A DNA stretch of 64,000 nt from assembly GCA_000002435.2 (NCBI GenBank), contig CM018791.1; one strand, given 5' to 3'. Of this stretch, positions 20,435 to 30,135 are shown in pieces. The stretch is from Giardia intestinalis (lineage: Eukaryota). Position numbers and translations under genes: made by a program. How positions within the stretch are numbered: the first letter of the stretch is position 1; every line of letters starts with the position of its first letter. The notes under the pieces are model-generated. The model was not told the DNA's origin. It did no database searches and saw only the letters and a list, made by a program, of their open reading frames with translations.

Positions 20435-21295
20435 CTATACTCTAAACGGAAGAGCAGTCGGTAAGTGTTTTGATGGAACTAACTTTTGAAGCTTGCCGCA
20501 GATGTACTGAAGGACTGTCGTGTAGAGGTCATCAACTTCATATGTTCCCACCCGCATATAACATGCCACCAGGAGCACAATATTGCAACAATCACTCACT
20601 GCACAGATAGTTTGAGTAAATACGTTGCCAAAAATAGGTCGAAAGATGGAGTACAATGCTGAGAATATGAAGCCACGCGCAAACGTTGAGTTGATCTTGA
20701 TCCTTGTCGGGTCAGAGGTAAAGTTTCTTTCAAACAGCTCTGCCTTTTCTGCATCAGTTTGTGCAATTGCAACACAAAAGCCGCGGAGAAGAGTACGCCA
20801 GGCAAGGCTCCCACAGAAGCAAAGAACAAACGGGATAAACATACGACCGCCAAAGTGAAGATAGAAAAGCTCTGACAGAAGGCTTTTGGATGCAGCGTCC
20901 AATACGATGGAGAGGCAATTGATCACGAGAATGTATATGGTTCCATTTATCCTCTGGTATGCGACGCTCTGGTCCATGCAAACAAATAGAATGGCGAACA
21001 CGCTAAACATGATGTAAGGAAAGTCAGCGAAATAGTTGCCCAATGTAAAGGTGGGGTCAGGGGAAAGAAGCAGACGACCTATAATGCCGTTTATGGTAAT
21101 ATCTATAAAGCAGGCCCCATACAAGACGGGGCCAAAAACCTTTGAGGGCATGCCTGCTCCATTAATAATTGTCCTAAACCGGTGTGTTTCCCGCTGTAAG
21201 GTAACGTATCTATTAGCTAACGTGAAGAGAGCACCAAAAATCTGCCCAAGAGCATTTAATCGCCGGTACACGATTGCTGTCTCTGGAATAATCAT
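20435..21295 (-). CDS. multi-pass integral membrane protein (6-7 TM; possibly TLC/lipid-sensing-like), function unknown
   Basis: ATG at 21295 preceded by TTGCAATAATTAGTAATAATTAGAAAGTGG. Hydrophobic helices throughout, no soluble domain. Confidence 0.5.
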   Translation of the reverse strand: MIIPETAIVYRRLNALGQIFGALFTLANRYVTLQRETHRFRTIINGAGMPSKVFGPVLYGACFIDITINGIIGRLLLSPDPTFTLGNYFADFPYIMFSVFAILFVCMDQSVAYQRINGTIYILVINCLSIVLDAASKSLLSELFYLHFGGRMFIPFVLCFCGSLAWRTLLRGFCVAIAQTDAEKAELFERNFTSDPTRIKINSTFARGFIFSALYSIFRPIFGNVFTQTICAVSDCCNIVLLVACYMRVGTYEVDDLYTTVLQYICGKLQKLVPSKHLPTALPFRV

Positions 21296-21383
21296 CCACT
21301 TTCTAATTATTACTAATTATTGCAAGGTATTACAAGGTGTTGCAAGGTTGATTGTCAACTGCTAAGGATCAATCAGTAATTGT

Positions 21384-24188
21384 CTATACGTTTACTACGC
21401 AACAGAGAAAGTAGCATTCTGCTGCAGGTGAAATCGAGAGAAAGAACCTGACTCCCCGTGGGATCGCAACACTCTCATACTGGCCAGTTGTGTACTCGGT
21501 TAGCTCTCCTTCTTTGGCCGATGTGTTTCCGTATAAAGAGAACCTAGCCCAGCCCTGAGATAGCTGGGTAATACAGTATCCGCTTGAGGTGATACGGTCA
21601 CTTTGGCCGACACCATAGAGGTGCCAGAGCATGGCCCCACCTGGCCGCTTACCATCAGCACGTTCCTCAATAATTCTGGCCATTTGAAGTCCATGAAAAT
21701 GCTCAAAGGAAAGCCCTGAAAAGCTCTTGAAGACATTGATGGACTGGGATCCTGATTTGTTGGTATACCAAAATCTATCCTCGTTGATTATGAGATTATT
21801 TTTTTGTACTATCCGTTGTATTCGTTCGGATTGCTTTTTTATGAAAAGTTGAGAATTTTCTAGACCAGCCCTAAAGTCGGCAGGTTGCTGACGTTTAGGC
21901 CGAGGAGGCTTATTCGGAATGAATGCGACCTTGACGCTTACAATGTAGGGTTTTTCTCCCGACGGATATGCGTACACCAAACCTTCTCCAATGGCCTTAT
22001 CAAGTTCTGGGACAACAATTCGCCCAGTACTGTGATCCCTGGGCAAGCAAGAATGGTCAACCGGGATGTTTTCTAGTTTAATATCCCGCACTTTTTTGGC
22101 ATTCATAACGGGTACTCCATACCTTCGACGAATCTCTTCTAACGTTAAGCCTGTCCCAGAGGTAAGGAAATTGCGGAGTTTATATGAGCCATAGACCTCG
22201 TCATATAGCTCCTTCCTAAAGTAGCTGTCGACAGTGCTGTGGTTCAGGTGGGCCATATCTATCTTCTTTGGCTTCTTCCGACTTGGTTCTGCCGGCTCGT
22301 CAACTAGACCCGATACAATGCTTTCGTTCGCTGGTACTTTTGAAGAAAAGCTGCCACTTTGCCTGTATGATTCCGTTTGGTCTATGTAATCAGTGGTATC
22401 GGCAACCGTAAACGGTTTAGATGTGCCTTCAGTAGCGTATCTATTGCCCTGATCATCTCCTTTATCCAGCTCGATTGGGTGCTGTAGGGGAGGCGGTGGA
22501 GTTAGGACGATCTTGCCATTCTTGTACGCTGGCTGTAAGTCCATCATTGTTAAAGTGTTATCTATAGATTTTGCAGCTGTCTTTGCATGCTCATCTTGGC
22601 GCCGAGGCTCAGCAGATGCTTCACGCGGAGATACTGAGATAGGAAATCTGGATGGATCTGATGTGTGCTCTCTGGAATTGGGGACAATGTTCAGTAGGTT
22701 TGAGGACTTTGCACTGCTACTAACTAAGCTTATATTCCGCTGAATTGCTTGGCCAATGGCTGTCATGCTCCGTCTAGGACGGTACTGGCTCTTGCGTATA
22801 TCTTCTACACCGATGATCCTGATATTGTCCTTCGTAGATTCTTGTAGATTTATAGACTCCATGAGTTCATTGGCAACAGAGTTAGTTGGTTTTTCTGGAG
22901 TAGCAGGGTCAATGGAGACATCATGAACAGAATGTGCTTCATCATGTGTGTGTCCTTGAATTGCTTGAACATTAATCACCTCCAGATCGGCAGGGGCCTG
23001 CTGTGGAGGCAGCTCCCTGCCTGCCACAACCTCGTGGAAGCGTTCTGGCGGTTGAATTACCGAAAACTTCCGTAGCTGTTTCACTTCTATGCCATCCTCT
23101 GCCTCGGTATCGTGATGTTTCTGTACGTTCTTTCTGGGGAGGGGCTGATGTCTTTGCTCTAAAACCTTTTGTGGTATCGGCTGCACTGAGTACACTTTTG
23201 CATCTGCCTCTTCTTTCTGCACTGTGTTTATATTATGGACCACGACAGACGCAGCTGTTTCTGAAGTTACTGCTGCAGCGATCACTGCTGGTTTTGGTAC
23301 AACTGGAGCCTCTCTCTCAGCAAAGTATGGGTCATGAAAAGAATCTGAACTCGAGGCAGATACGTCAGGATCTATCTGTTGACTGGATAAGTCAAGCATC
23401 CCCTTTTTCTTTTGAGCTCCCTCGAGTCGCCGGCCCTTTTGTGCTTTTTGTGTTATAGGTTTCTTTTGCTCTATCTTGGTTTGCTTCTCGTTGCCGACTG
23501 CAGCGGTAGTTTGTTGCTGTGGCGACTGCGGTGATTGTGATGATTGTACGTATGCCCATTCCACAGGCGAGGGCTTTTTCTCGAGGCCCTTTGGGCGTTT
23601 CTTCTTGAGTTTCTTCCTTTGCAAGACAGGATGCTTTGATACTTTGGGTGGAGCGTTATTTAGCTCCTTTTGATATGTTTTCATATAACTATCTTTACAG
23701 CTCTGCTCCACCTCAGCCAGCTGTTGCTCCTGGCTTTTTGGAAGGTGTGCTATATCTTTGTTATGCACGCTATCTATAGCACTAGCTTCTATGTGCTGGC
23801 TAGACTCGTCTGCGTTGATGGAGTCAAATTGAAAGAGGGAATCTTTTGCAAACACATCTGGAACTTCAAAAGCAGATGAGGCACTAGGGTGAAGAGCACG
23901 TGACATGGGAGCGGTACTGTTTGGCGATTGACCAAAGCCACTTAAACCAGCCAAGTTGCGTGACTGCTGACTTGCGAACTTGATTCCAGAATTCAGATTA
24001 TTGAGCATGTGCTTCGCGTCACTCAACTCACCTAGGCTTGTGGCACCTGAGGCATCAATCTCCGCGTCTCGTAAGAAGAGAGCAGCGTCATCTTTTGATA
24101 CGCCGGTGAGTCCTAGATTATCTTTTTGTAGTAACATGTTCCGACGGATTAGGCTTTCCATTGTCCCATTTGTATCTGCATTTGGCAT
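21384..24188 (-). CDS. large hypothetical protein (934 aa) with a low-complexity basic middle region and a structured C-terminal domain
   Basis: ATG at 24188. KKKRPKG/QKKKG basic stretches, S/T/Q-rich segments. C-terminal about 300 aa (…FWYTNKSGSQSINVFKSFSGLSFEHFHGLQMARIIEE…) looks globular but unassigned. Confidence 0.6.
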   Translation of the reverse strand: MPNADTNGTMESLIRRNMLLQKDNLGLTGVSKDDAALFLRDAEIDASGATSLGELSDAKHMLNNLNSGIKFASQQSRNLAGLSGFGQSPNSTAPMSRALHPSASSAFEVPDVFAKDSLFQFDSINADESSQHIEASAIDSVHNKDIAHLPKSQEQQLAEVEQSCKDSYMKTYQKELNNAPPKVSKHPVLQRKKLKKKRPKGLEKKPSPVEWAYVQSSQSPQSPQQQTTAAVGNEKQTKIEQKKPITQKAQKGRRLEGAQKKKGMLDLSSQQIDPDVSASSSDSFHDPYFAEREAPVVPKPAVIAAAVTSETAASVVVHNINTVQKEEADAKVYSVQPIPQKVLEQRHQPLPRKNVQKHHDTEAEDGIEVKQLRKFSVIQPPERFHEVVAGRELPPQQAPADLEVINVQAIQGHTHDEAHSVHDVSIDPATPEKPTNSVANELMESINLQESTKDNIRIIGVEDIRKSQYRPRRSMTAIGQAIQRNISLVSSSAKSSNLLNIVPNSREHTSDPSRFPISVSPREASAEPRRQDEHAKTAAKSIDNTLTMMDLQPAYKNGKIVLTPPPPLQHPIELDKGDDQGNRYATEGTSKPFTVADTTDYIDQTESYRQSGSFSSKVPANESIVSGLVDEPAEPSRKKPKKIDMAHLNHSTVDSYFRKELYDEVYGSYKLRNFLTSGTGLTLEEIRRRYGVPVMNAKKVRDIKLENIPVDHSCLPRDHSTGRIVVPELDKAIGEGLVYAYPSGEKPYIVSVKVAFIPNKPPRPKRQQPADFRAGLENSQLFIKKQSERIQRIVQKNNLIINEDRFWYTNKSGSQSINVFKSFSGLSFEHFHGLQMARIIEERADGKRPGGAMLWHLYGVGQSDRITSSGYCITQLSQGWARFSLYGNTSAKEGELTEYTTGQYESVAIPRGVRFFLSISPAAECYFLCCVVNV

Positions 24189-24262
24189 AGAGAGTTCTCT
24201 CTACGTCCTAAGCACTCAAGTAATTAATTTTTTGCTGAGTCAAAGAGAGATTGCGCAGGCGG
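24189..24262. promoter_or_regulatory. 74-bp bidirectional promoter
   Basis: aagtaattaattttttgctgag lies between divergent ATGs at 24188 (-) and 24263 (+). Confidence 0.4.
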
Positions 24263-24955
24263 ATGAGCAGGCAACTTGGGGATTTACTCGAAAACATAAA
24301 GGCGGCAGTATTCGACTTTGACGGGACTCTGGTCGATTCGCATAAGATATGGGCAAAAATAGATCAGGATCTTTTCGATCAACTGGGTCTAGTACAGCCC
24401 CCGAACTACGAAAAGGACATTGCTGGAAAGCGTCTACCAGAGATAGCTAAGTATATTATTGAGCACTTCCAGTTGACGAATGTGAGCCAGGAGAGAATTC
24501 TGAGCTGCTGGGAGGAAAGCTATATGAAGTACTTTTCCAGCTCAGCACAATTCATAGATGGCGCTGCCGAGTTTCTTACGTACTTGGCATCCAAAAACAT
24601 TGCCATCGGGATTGCCACTGCTTCCACACACAAACTAGTAGAGCTGTTTTTCTCCAACCATCCTGAAATACGTGCACTGATAAGTTGCGTAGTCACATCA
24701 GAAGACGTTGTGCACTCTAAGCCAGCTCCAGATGTTTTCCTGAAGTGTCTAGAGAGCCTAGGTGCTCATCCCAGCGAGGGGATCATTTTTGAAGACTCTC
24801 TTGTGGGTCTTTCTGCAGCTACCAAGACAGGAAGCAAGGTGGTTTGTATTCTTTCCCACCCTGATGACCATTTAGAAAAGAAAGAGCTGAGCCAGTTGCA
24901 AATTAACTCTTATTCTGAGTATCTGTATCAATCTCGTACACTGGAGGAAAGCTGA
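24263..24955 (+). CDS. HAD-superfamily hydrolase (beta-phosphoglucomutase/phosphatase-like)
   Basis: ORF track start 24251 is TTG; ATG at 24263. HAD motif I AAVFDFDGTLVDS, plus later conserved blocks (GIATAS…, IIFEDSLVGLSAATKTG). Confidence 0.75.
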   Translation: MSRQLGDLLENIKAAVFDFDGTLVDSHKIWAKIDQDLFDQLGLVQPPNYEKDIAGKRLPEIAKYIIEHFQLTNVSQERILSCWEESYMKYFSSSAQFIDGAAEFLTYLASKNIAIGIATASTHKLVELFFSNHPEIRALISCVVTSEDVVHSKPAPDVFLKCLESLGAHPSEGIIFEDSLVGLSAATKTGSKVVCILSHPDDHLEKKELSQLQINSYSEYLYQSRTLEES

Positions 24956-25121
24956 AGCAATCTTCTGGGCAAATCTGCATACACTGTAAGCATTGGAAAC
25001 ACTTGTGAGGGTCACGGAGAGAGATCTTGTTATTCTGGATGACGAGAATAGATAATGGGCAGGCTTGTACACACTGACCACAAAGGGTGCATGCATCAAC
25101 ATCCAAGATAATCCGCTGCAT
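24903..25121 (-). CDS. 2x[4Fe-4S] ferredoxin (72 aa)
   Basis: ATG at 25121. Two complete cluster-binding motifs, CTLCGQCVQACP and CFQCLQCMQICP. Overlaps the HAD gene 3' end by 53 nt on the opposite strand. The competing 129-aa ORF 24872..25261 (other frame) has no motif support. Confidence 0.7.
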   Translation of the reverse strand: MQRIILDVDACTLCGQCVQACPLSILVIQNNKISLRDPHKCFQCLQCMQICPEDCFSFPPVYEIDTDTQNKS

Positions 25122-25299
25122 AGTTCACAGAAAGAATTGGCTTTTTCTTTTAAATTTCTGGGAGCTGGTTTGTCAGCTGTTGTTCGAGTAAACTTATCAG
25201 GCAAGTCGTCGTGCTGAGTGGGATTCTCTCTCAGTCCATCTATCCAAAGTTCAAAATTCAAATTTCATCCAGTTTTGGGAAGAGGAGGAGCTAGTTGGC

Positions 25300-28240
25300 T
25301 CGTGAGCATGTCGATAGAGACGACTCGAAGCGGGATCCGGCAGACACTTGGCGGGATGATGGTACTGCAGGCGAAGAGAGCCCTCGCGCTCGCCACCCCA
25401 ATCGATCTCCCTACTAAAGAGCAAGCATGTGGCTGACTCCTAAAACGGCTGCCGCTATCACTGAACCCTCTCCCCAGCTGGGCTAGTCGTCAAATGGGAA
25501 GTGGCTCATGAACGCATCACCTCGCCTTTGGGGGCCCGATTCACCTCTACTGTATCGTCCATGGCGCTAAGATTTATGGAAGACACGCCTGCTCCAACAT
25601 CCCCAGGACGCTGAGAGAGATCAGAAGGCCTTCCAAGTCCTCTGGAGGCGTTTAGATGCAACTCCTAGCTCTTGCTCTCGGGAGACCTCGATAGGGATCA
25701 GCAACCAACACGTAGACTGCGACCTATGTAATCAAGACCTGGAACAGATGGCCTTCGTTATCGACAAGACAAGAACAGGTGATGGAGCTCCGTTCTCCCC
25801 GGATCCTGTGCTCCAGAGGAGGCAGGGCTTCCAGTCACTGACTGCCCCGACAGGAGTCATGCGTCTGCTGATGCTTTGTGAGGACCGCATGGACTCCGAC
25901 TCGTGCCTATACACTGTGGATGCTGTGGGTCTCTCGAGGGAGATGCTCCGACGCCATAACAAGAACAGAAGCCTCAGGTGCACATGTGAGAGCTTGACAC
26001 GGGATATAGAGCTGATTCAGGCCTCATCTAAGAACCTGGGGGCGTTTCACACGCTGGAGGATACCAGGATTGGGGGAATCCCCATCGTCTGTTGCCCCAA
26101 ATGCTTCAGCACCAGAATGGCGAGTAGGAGACATCTGGCTAAAACGAAACACTCTGTGCTGATGTGACACCAGATGACAATCACTCAAGCATGAACAGGA
26201 CGAGCATCTGCCCGCTCTGTACAAAACCCACTGGAGCCAGAGCTATCCGAATGTACTGTGGCACAGACAGCAAGTGCAGGGTGCTACTGCGCGAAAGGAT
26301 GGAGATGGCAGAGGAGATGCACCTCGTCACACTACGGGCCACTACATGGGCAACACCCACCAGAAGGTTCCGAACAAGAATAGGCCACCGAGCGCATGAA
26401 GGACCCCCTGGCGAAGAGCAGCTGCCGCCCCATGGGGCTCCTCTCCCACGGGCCCCCTCGACCCGGACTCCTCAGAGGGGATCAGGGTAGCGTACGAGCT
26501 GCACCCTGGAGGGACACGAGCCCCCTGTCCTACAGCCAGCGGAGAGCACGGGCATCTCTCCCAAGGTCACTGACGACGAGATGACCCGGGGGTCCGTCCA
26601 TGGGCTCTCGAGGTCTCCTGGACCTTACCTGGACCTGCGTACTGGGGGTCCTCATCCCCAAGAACGAGGCAAGCATAACCTGTGGAGCGACCACGACGGC
26701 CCTTTACAGATACTACCGGGCCATCTGAAGTCCCAGGCGCTGGACACTGGGGCTTGCATGCACGTGTAGTGTGCGCTCGTATGTGCACACGAGACTGAGG
26801 AAGCCAGGCGGTCTTGCTCGACTCCAAGGCGCCCTCAACAGCAGCCCCGGTCCTGCACAGTCTCGGCCAGGAGAACGCGCCCCTCGCCCTGAGGAGCTAC
26901 ACGTGGCCTTCCTCTGGCTACAGCACACATGGACTCGGTCCCGTGCAGTGTTCCTCAGGGACCCTCTAGGTATGTTCCTATGCTGCGCTGGACGGAGCGC
27001 GCTCACTAAACAGCTGAAGGAGATGCCCCCTCAGTGCCTACGCCGACGGCGTACTGATCCTTCACGACGACAACAACGAGGTAATGAGGTTGACAAACCC
27101 ACGGACTGACGATCAACACAGACAACTCAAGAGCACCGAGGGGGCAGGAGGCTCCTTCCTGGGTGTCCGGTCTCGAGGAGCGGCTACCCACGGCCTCCAA
27201 GGAGATAGAGAGGGCAACGAAAAGGTTGCAACTGTGTCAATCGCCCACCACCCCGAGCCGAGCTGGTCTGGACAGACTCACCACGCGACCCCTACGGATC
27301 CCTCGGGGGGCAGGCAGAGCCCTCTGGGATGCTCGGCTCGAACAACAGCAGACCGAGCTCCTGGCTACGCAGGACAGCGGCGGTCGGGAGTCCACCACAA
27401 GCAGCTGCGCGGTGCTTGACACCTCGACGTGAGACGTGGCATCACAGCAGGCTGCCGAGCGGGACGGCCTCGTGGTGAGCAACGCATCGTACATGAACTG
27501 TGCTCTGATCGCTCCAATACTTCAGATAACGCCTCTCGGAGAGCTGTGACCGGGCCAGCCTCTCCGGCTGAACGACTCATGGCTCCACGTACACTCTGCG
27601 GCACGGATGGGTGCAGACCACACCAGCCGAGCCGGCACACTGCACAGGGTGTGGACCTGCGAGTGTGTACTGGCTGCTGACCACCTGGCACCACAGGTGC
27701 ACTGCGGTCCATGAACAGAAGGGCGGGCCGGGCGTTTCCTCCGCGCCAACCAGGGGTCGATATGGAGGCTACGGGTACACGCTACAGTCCAGGAGGACGC
27801 ATGGCGAGCGCACCCCGACAACAGGATCGATGGTCCACTCCACGAGGAGGCGAGAAGGAACCCGAGTCGGCATCCCGGGATTATAATACATGCGATCTTC
27901 GTTATGGAGCGCCAGCACCGAGTGGCCCTGGGTTGTACGGCCGGGAGCACTATTCCTAAGGTCAGATAGCAGCTGATCCAAGGGGACTGAGTGAGAGAAG
28001 CGAAAAACCTAGATCGATATCGTGAGAGACGGGACGGTGACTTGCAAAGCGAAGAACTATGATATTTCCCCTTTTCTGCCAGAGCTGGACAGTGTCCGAA
28101 TTTCCGATTCCAAATGCTGGACACACTGAGCGAGGATGCCGTTCAACATAGTGACTCGTACGATGGACTTACTCAGACTGCGGCCAGCAAACCAACTTCT
28201 TTTTGAAGAGAAACGACAGATTTATTCATGAGACTACAGA
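25300..28240. other. GC-rich (about 60%) ORF-poor island, roughly 3 kb, nature unknown (candidate decayed mobile element, pseudogene or ncRNA locus)
   Basis: Only short overlapping ORFs in all six frames, typical of non-coding GC-rich DNA. No A/T-rich initiator or long ORF. The composition differs from the flanking ~48-50% GC coding DNA. Confidence 0.4.
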
Positions 28241-28245
28241 GCAGT

Positions 28246-29093
28246 CTATTGGTCATTGCAACCATTGACACTAGGTGTACTGCCCCTAAGGAGAGACGCT
28301 ATCTCGAGGTATCCCCTAGAAGTAATCTTGTCAAAGAAATATTCATTAGACTTGTCTATCAGATGCCCCTCTTTTTCTAATAGAAGCTTTACCACTTCTA
28401 AGTGGCCCTTTAGCGCTCTATGTTCAAGAGCAGTCATCTCATTCCTATCCTTTACACCCCCCTCCAGATCTACTAACAATCTTGCTATTTCCACGTTCCC
28501 CATAGAAGCCGCGTTCATAAGCGCAGTCATACCTACCATGTTTTGTGCACCACTGTCGTATCTTATTACCAACTTTGCTGTCTCTATGCAACCGTGTGTG
28601 GCTGCTCGCATAAGCCTCGTGTCGCCGAATGTATCGGTTGGCTCAAGAATAATCACAATAATTTTGTGCCCTGCCTCCTTAGCAATCATCAGGGCCATCT
28701 TGCCTTCGCTGTCGATTAAGTTCTCCTCATATGGAATCAAAATGGAAGCAGCTTCTGCGCTGCCTTTTTCTACAGCGATCATCAGAGCAGTACGGCTGTT
28801 CTTGTTTCTTCTCCCACATTCGTAAGGGGCAAGAATTTCAACTACATCAGAGTAGTTGCTGTGTGCGGCGTGCATGAGTGCAGTCCAGCCGTTCTTGTCC
28901 TGGAGGCCCCTCTCCTCCCCAACAAGCAACTCGACGGGACTGATGCGCCCCTGCTCGTCGCGCTGACCAACACCAAGTCTTCTTCAAGCAGCATCCGGAC
29001 GGTCTCCATGCCGTTCGTATGCGCAGCACGCATCAGCCCGGGCAGCAAAAAGAGGCTGGACGAGGCCAGCCGTGCATTCTGTGGACTGTGCAA
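28246..29093 (-). pseudogene. ankyrin-repeat C-terminal portion of the same NEK-ankyrin gene, interrupted by two frameshifts (likely pseudogene or assembly error)
   Basis: Ankyrin consensus continues from the kinase frame into frame 2 (PGLMRAAHTNGMETVRMLL) and then frame 3 (LLVGEERGLQDKNGWTALMHAAHSNYSDVVEIL… for about 220 aa). The shifts fall at a T5 run near 29040 and at a 62-nt segment at 28927-28988 flanked by the direct repeat tgcttg. Confidence 0.5.
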
Positions 29094-30135
29094 GCCTATT
29101 CTCCAGTGCCTTAATCATAGCTAGATGTTCCTTACTTTGATCTTCAAGCGCGTCGATCTTAGTGGATTTAGTCTTAACATCCTCTTCCAGCAGCGCGATC
29201 CTGGCGTTAGCGCCATTCAGCGCAGCCTCCAAGGATCCGCACTTGTACTTCAGCATCACGCACTGACCCCCCAGCTCACCAACTGGGATGTCAGCCGCAG
29301 TGAGTGTCTCATGCAGCTCACTGGCTGTCGGCCTCCTCTCTGGCTCCAATACAAAGATCCTCTCCAGAACATTCTGTATGAAGCCATCAGTGACACCGCT
29401 CAGGTCCGGCCTCCACTCATCGACGAAGACCTCTGCTGGCTCCTTACCTTTCAGGAAGTCCGGTTTCCTTAGAGTGGCCATCTCGTAGACGATGACCCCG
29501 AGGCTCCACACGTCAGAGGCGGGGCTGGGCTCGTTGTGGAGGAGCACCTCGGGGGCCATGTACGCTGCCATGCCTGCAATGGTGCTCTCACTCCACAGGG
29601 CGTCCTTGCAGAGTTCGAGGCCAGCGATGATGAAGTACTCACCATCTACACTGACGAGGGTACTGGCAGGCCTGAGGTCGCAGTGGACGAGGCCTCTAGT
29701 GTTTGCCCCACTGAGGCCGTGGAGGTAGGCGAGGGCGGCGGCGACCTGCTTCATGACAGAGAGGATCATAGTGATAGGGACGGGGATCCTCCCTCGTTTG
29801 TGCTTGGCGAGGGGGCGCTCGAGGGTACTGTCGTGGTGGTCCGTGACGATGTAAATGAAGTCATCATCCTCGACCACTTGGTAGTGCCTGAGGACCCCCG
29901 GGTGGGAGAGGTCGAGAAGGGCGGTCAATCTTGTCTTGATGGCGTCCAGATCCCCCTTGTCCAGACCATCGAGGAGGATCTCCTTCACGGCGAGGTCTGG
30001 AAAATCCCTGAGAGAGTAGAGTGTGCTTGTGGGGTCTTTGGCCAGCACGTCATCCAGCCCCTCGTGGAGCTCCCTAGGGGTGAACGGTGGGACACTGAGA
30101 GCCACCGTTGCAGACCCAGACGAAGCAGTGTGCAT
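28984..30135 (-). CDS. NEK-like serine/threonine kinase domain plus coiled coil; predicted catalytically impaired; 5' part of a disrupted kinase-ankyrin gene
   Basis: ATG at 30135 after CCAAAATAATACCAGG. Kinase subdomains are present (VAVKEI lysine, YMAPEVL, DVWSLGVIVYEM), but the catalytic loop is HCDLRPAS (HRD Arg lost) and DFG is replaced by IAGLE. A coiled coil (LEAALNGANARIALLEEDVKTKSTKIDALEDQSKEHLAMIKALENRL) is followed by an in-frame stop after a frameshift. Confidence 0.6.
   Translation of the reverse strand: MHTASSGSATVALSVPPFTPRELHEGLDDVLAKDPTSTLYSLRDFPDLAVKEILLDGLDKGDLDAIKTRLTALLDLSHPGVLRHYQVVEDDDFIYIVTDHHDSTLERPLAKHKRGRIPVPITMILSVMKQVAAALAYLHGLSGANTRGLVHCDLRPASTLVSVDGEYFIIAGLELCKDALWSESTIAGMAAYMAPEVLLHNEPSPASDVWSLGVIVYEMATLRKPDFLKGKEPAEVFVDEWRPDLSGVTDGFIQNVLERIFVLEPERRPTASELHETLTAADIPVGELGGQCVMLKYKCGSLEAALNGANARIALLEEDVKTKSTKIDALEDQSKEHLAMIKALENRLAQSTECTAGLVQPLFAARADACCAYERHGDRPDAA

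Noticed and set aside
21384-22300. Possible SET-domain remnant (…SGTGLTL…VDHSCLPRD…GEGLVYAY) in the C-terminal region of the 934-aa protein
   Set aside because: The spacing between the GxG, HSC and GEEL-like elements is only about 65 aa, too short for even minimal SET domains. It is most likely a chance resemblance and needs HMM or structure prediction.
24872-25261. 129-aa minus-strand ORF overlapping the ferredoxin ORF in another frame
   Set aside because: It has no motifs, and the ferredoxin frame has two perfect 4Fe-4S cluster motifs.
25300-28240. Considered whether the GC-rich ORF-poor island is an rRNA gene (diplomonad rDNA is very GC-rich)
   Set aside because: GC is elevated (about 60%) but not extreme. 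I could not find universally conserved rRNA strings (e.g. the SSU GTGCCAGCAGCCGCGGTAA region) on either strand.
25300-28240. Looked for reverse-transcriptase YxDD/FxDD codon patterns to confirm a retroelement
   Set aside because: The only DD dipeptides found (HDD at about 27065, TDDE at about 26575, PDDN at about 26170) lack the aromatic/Ala context. The retroelement idea therefore stays a hypothesis.
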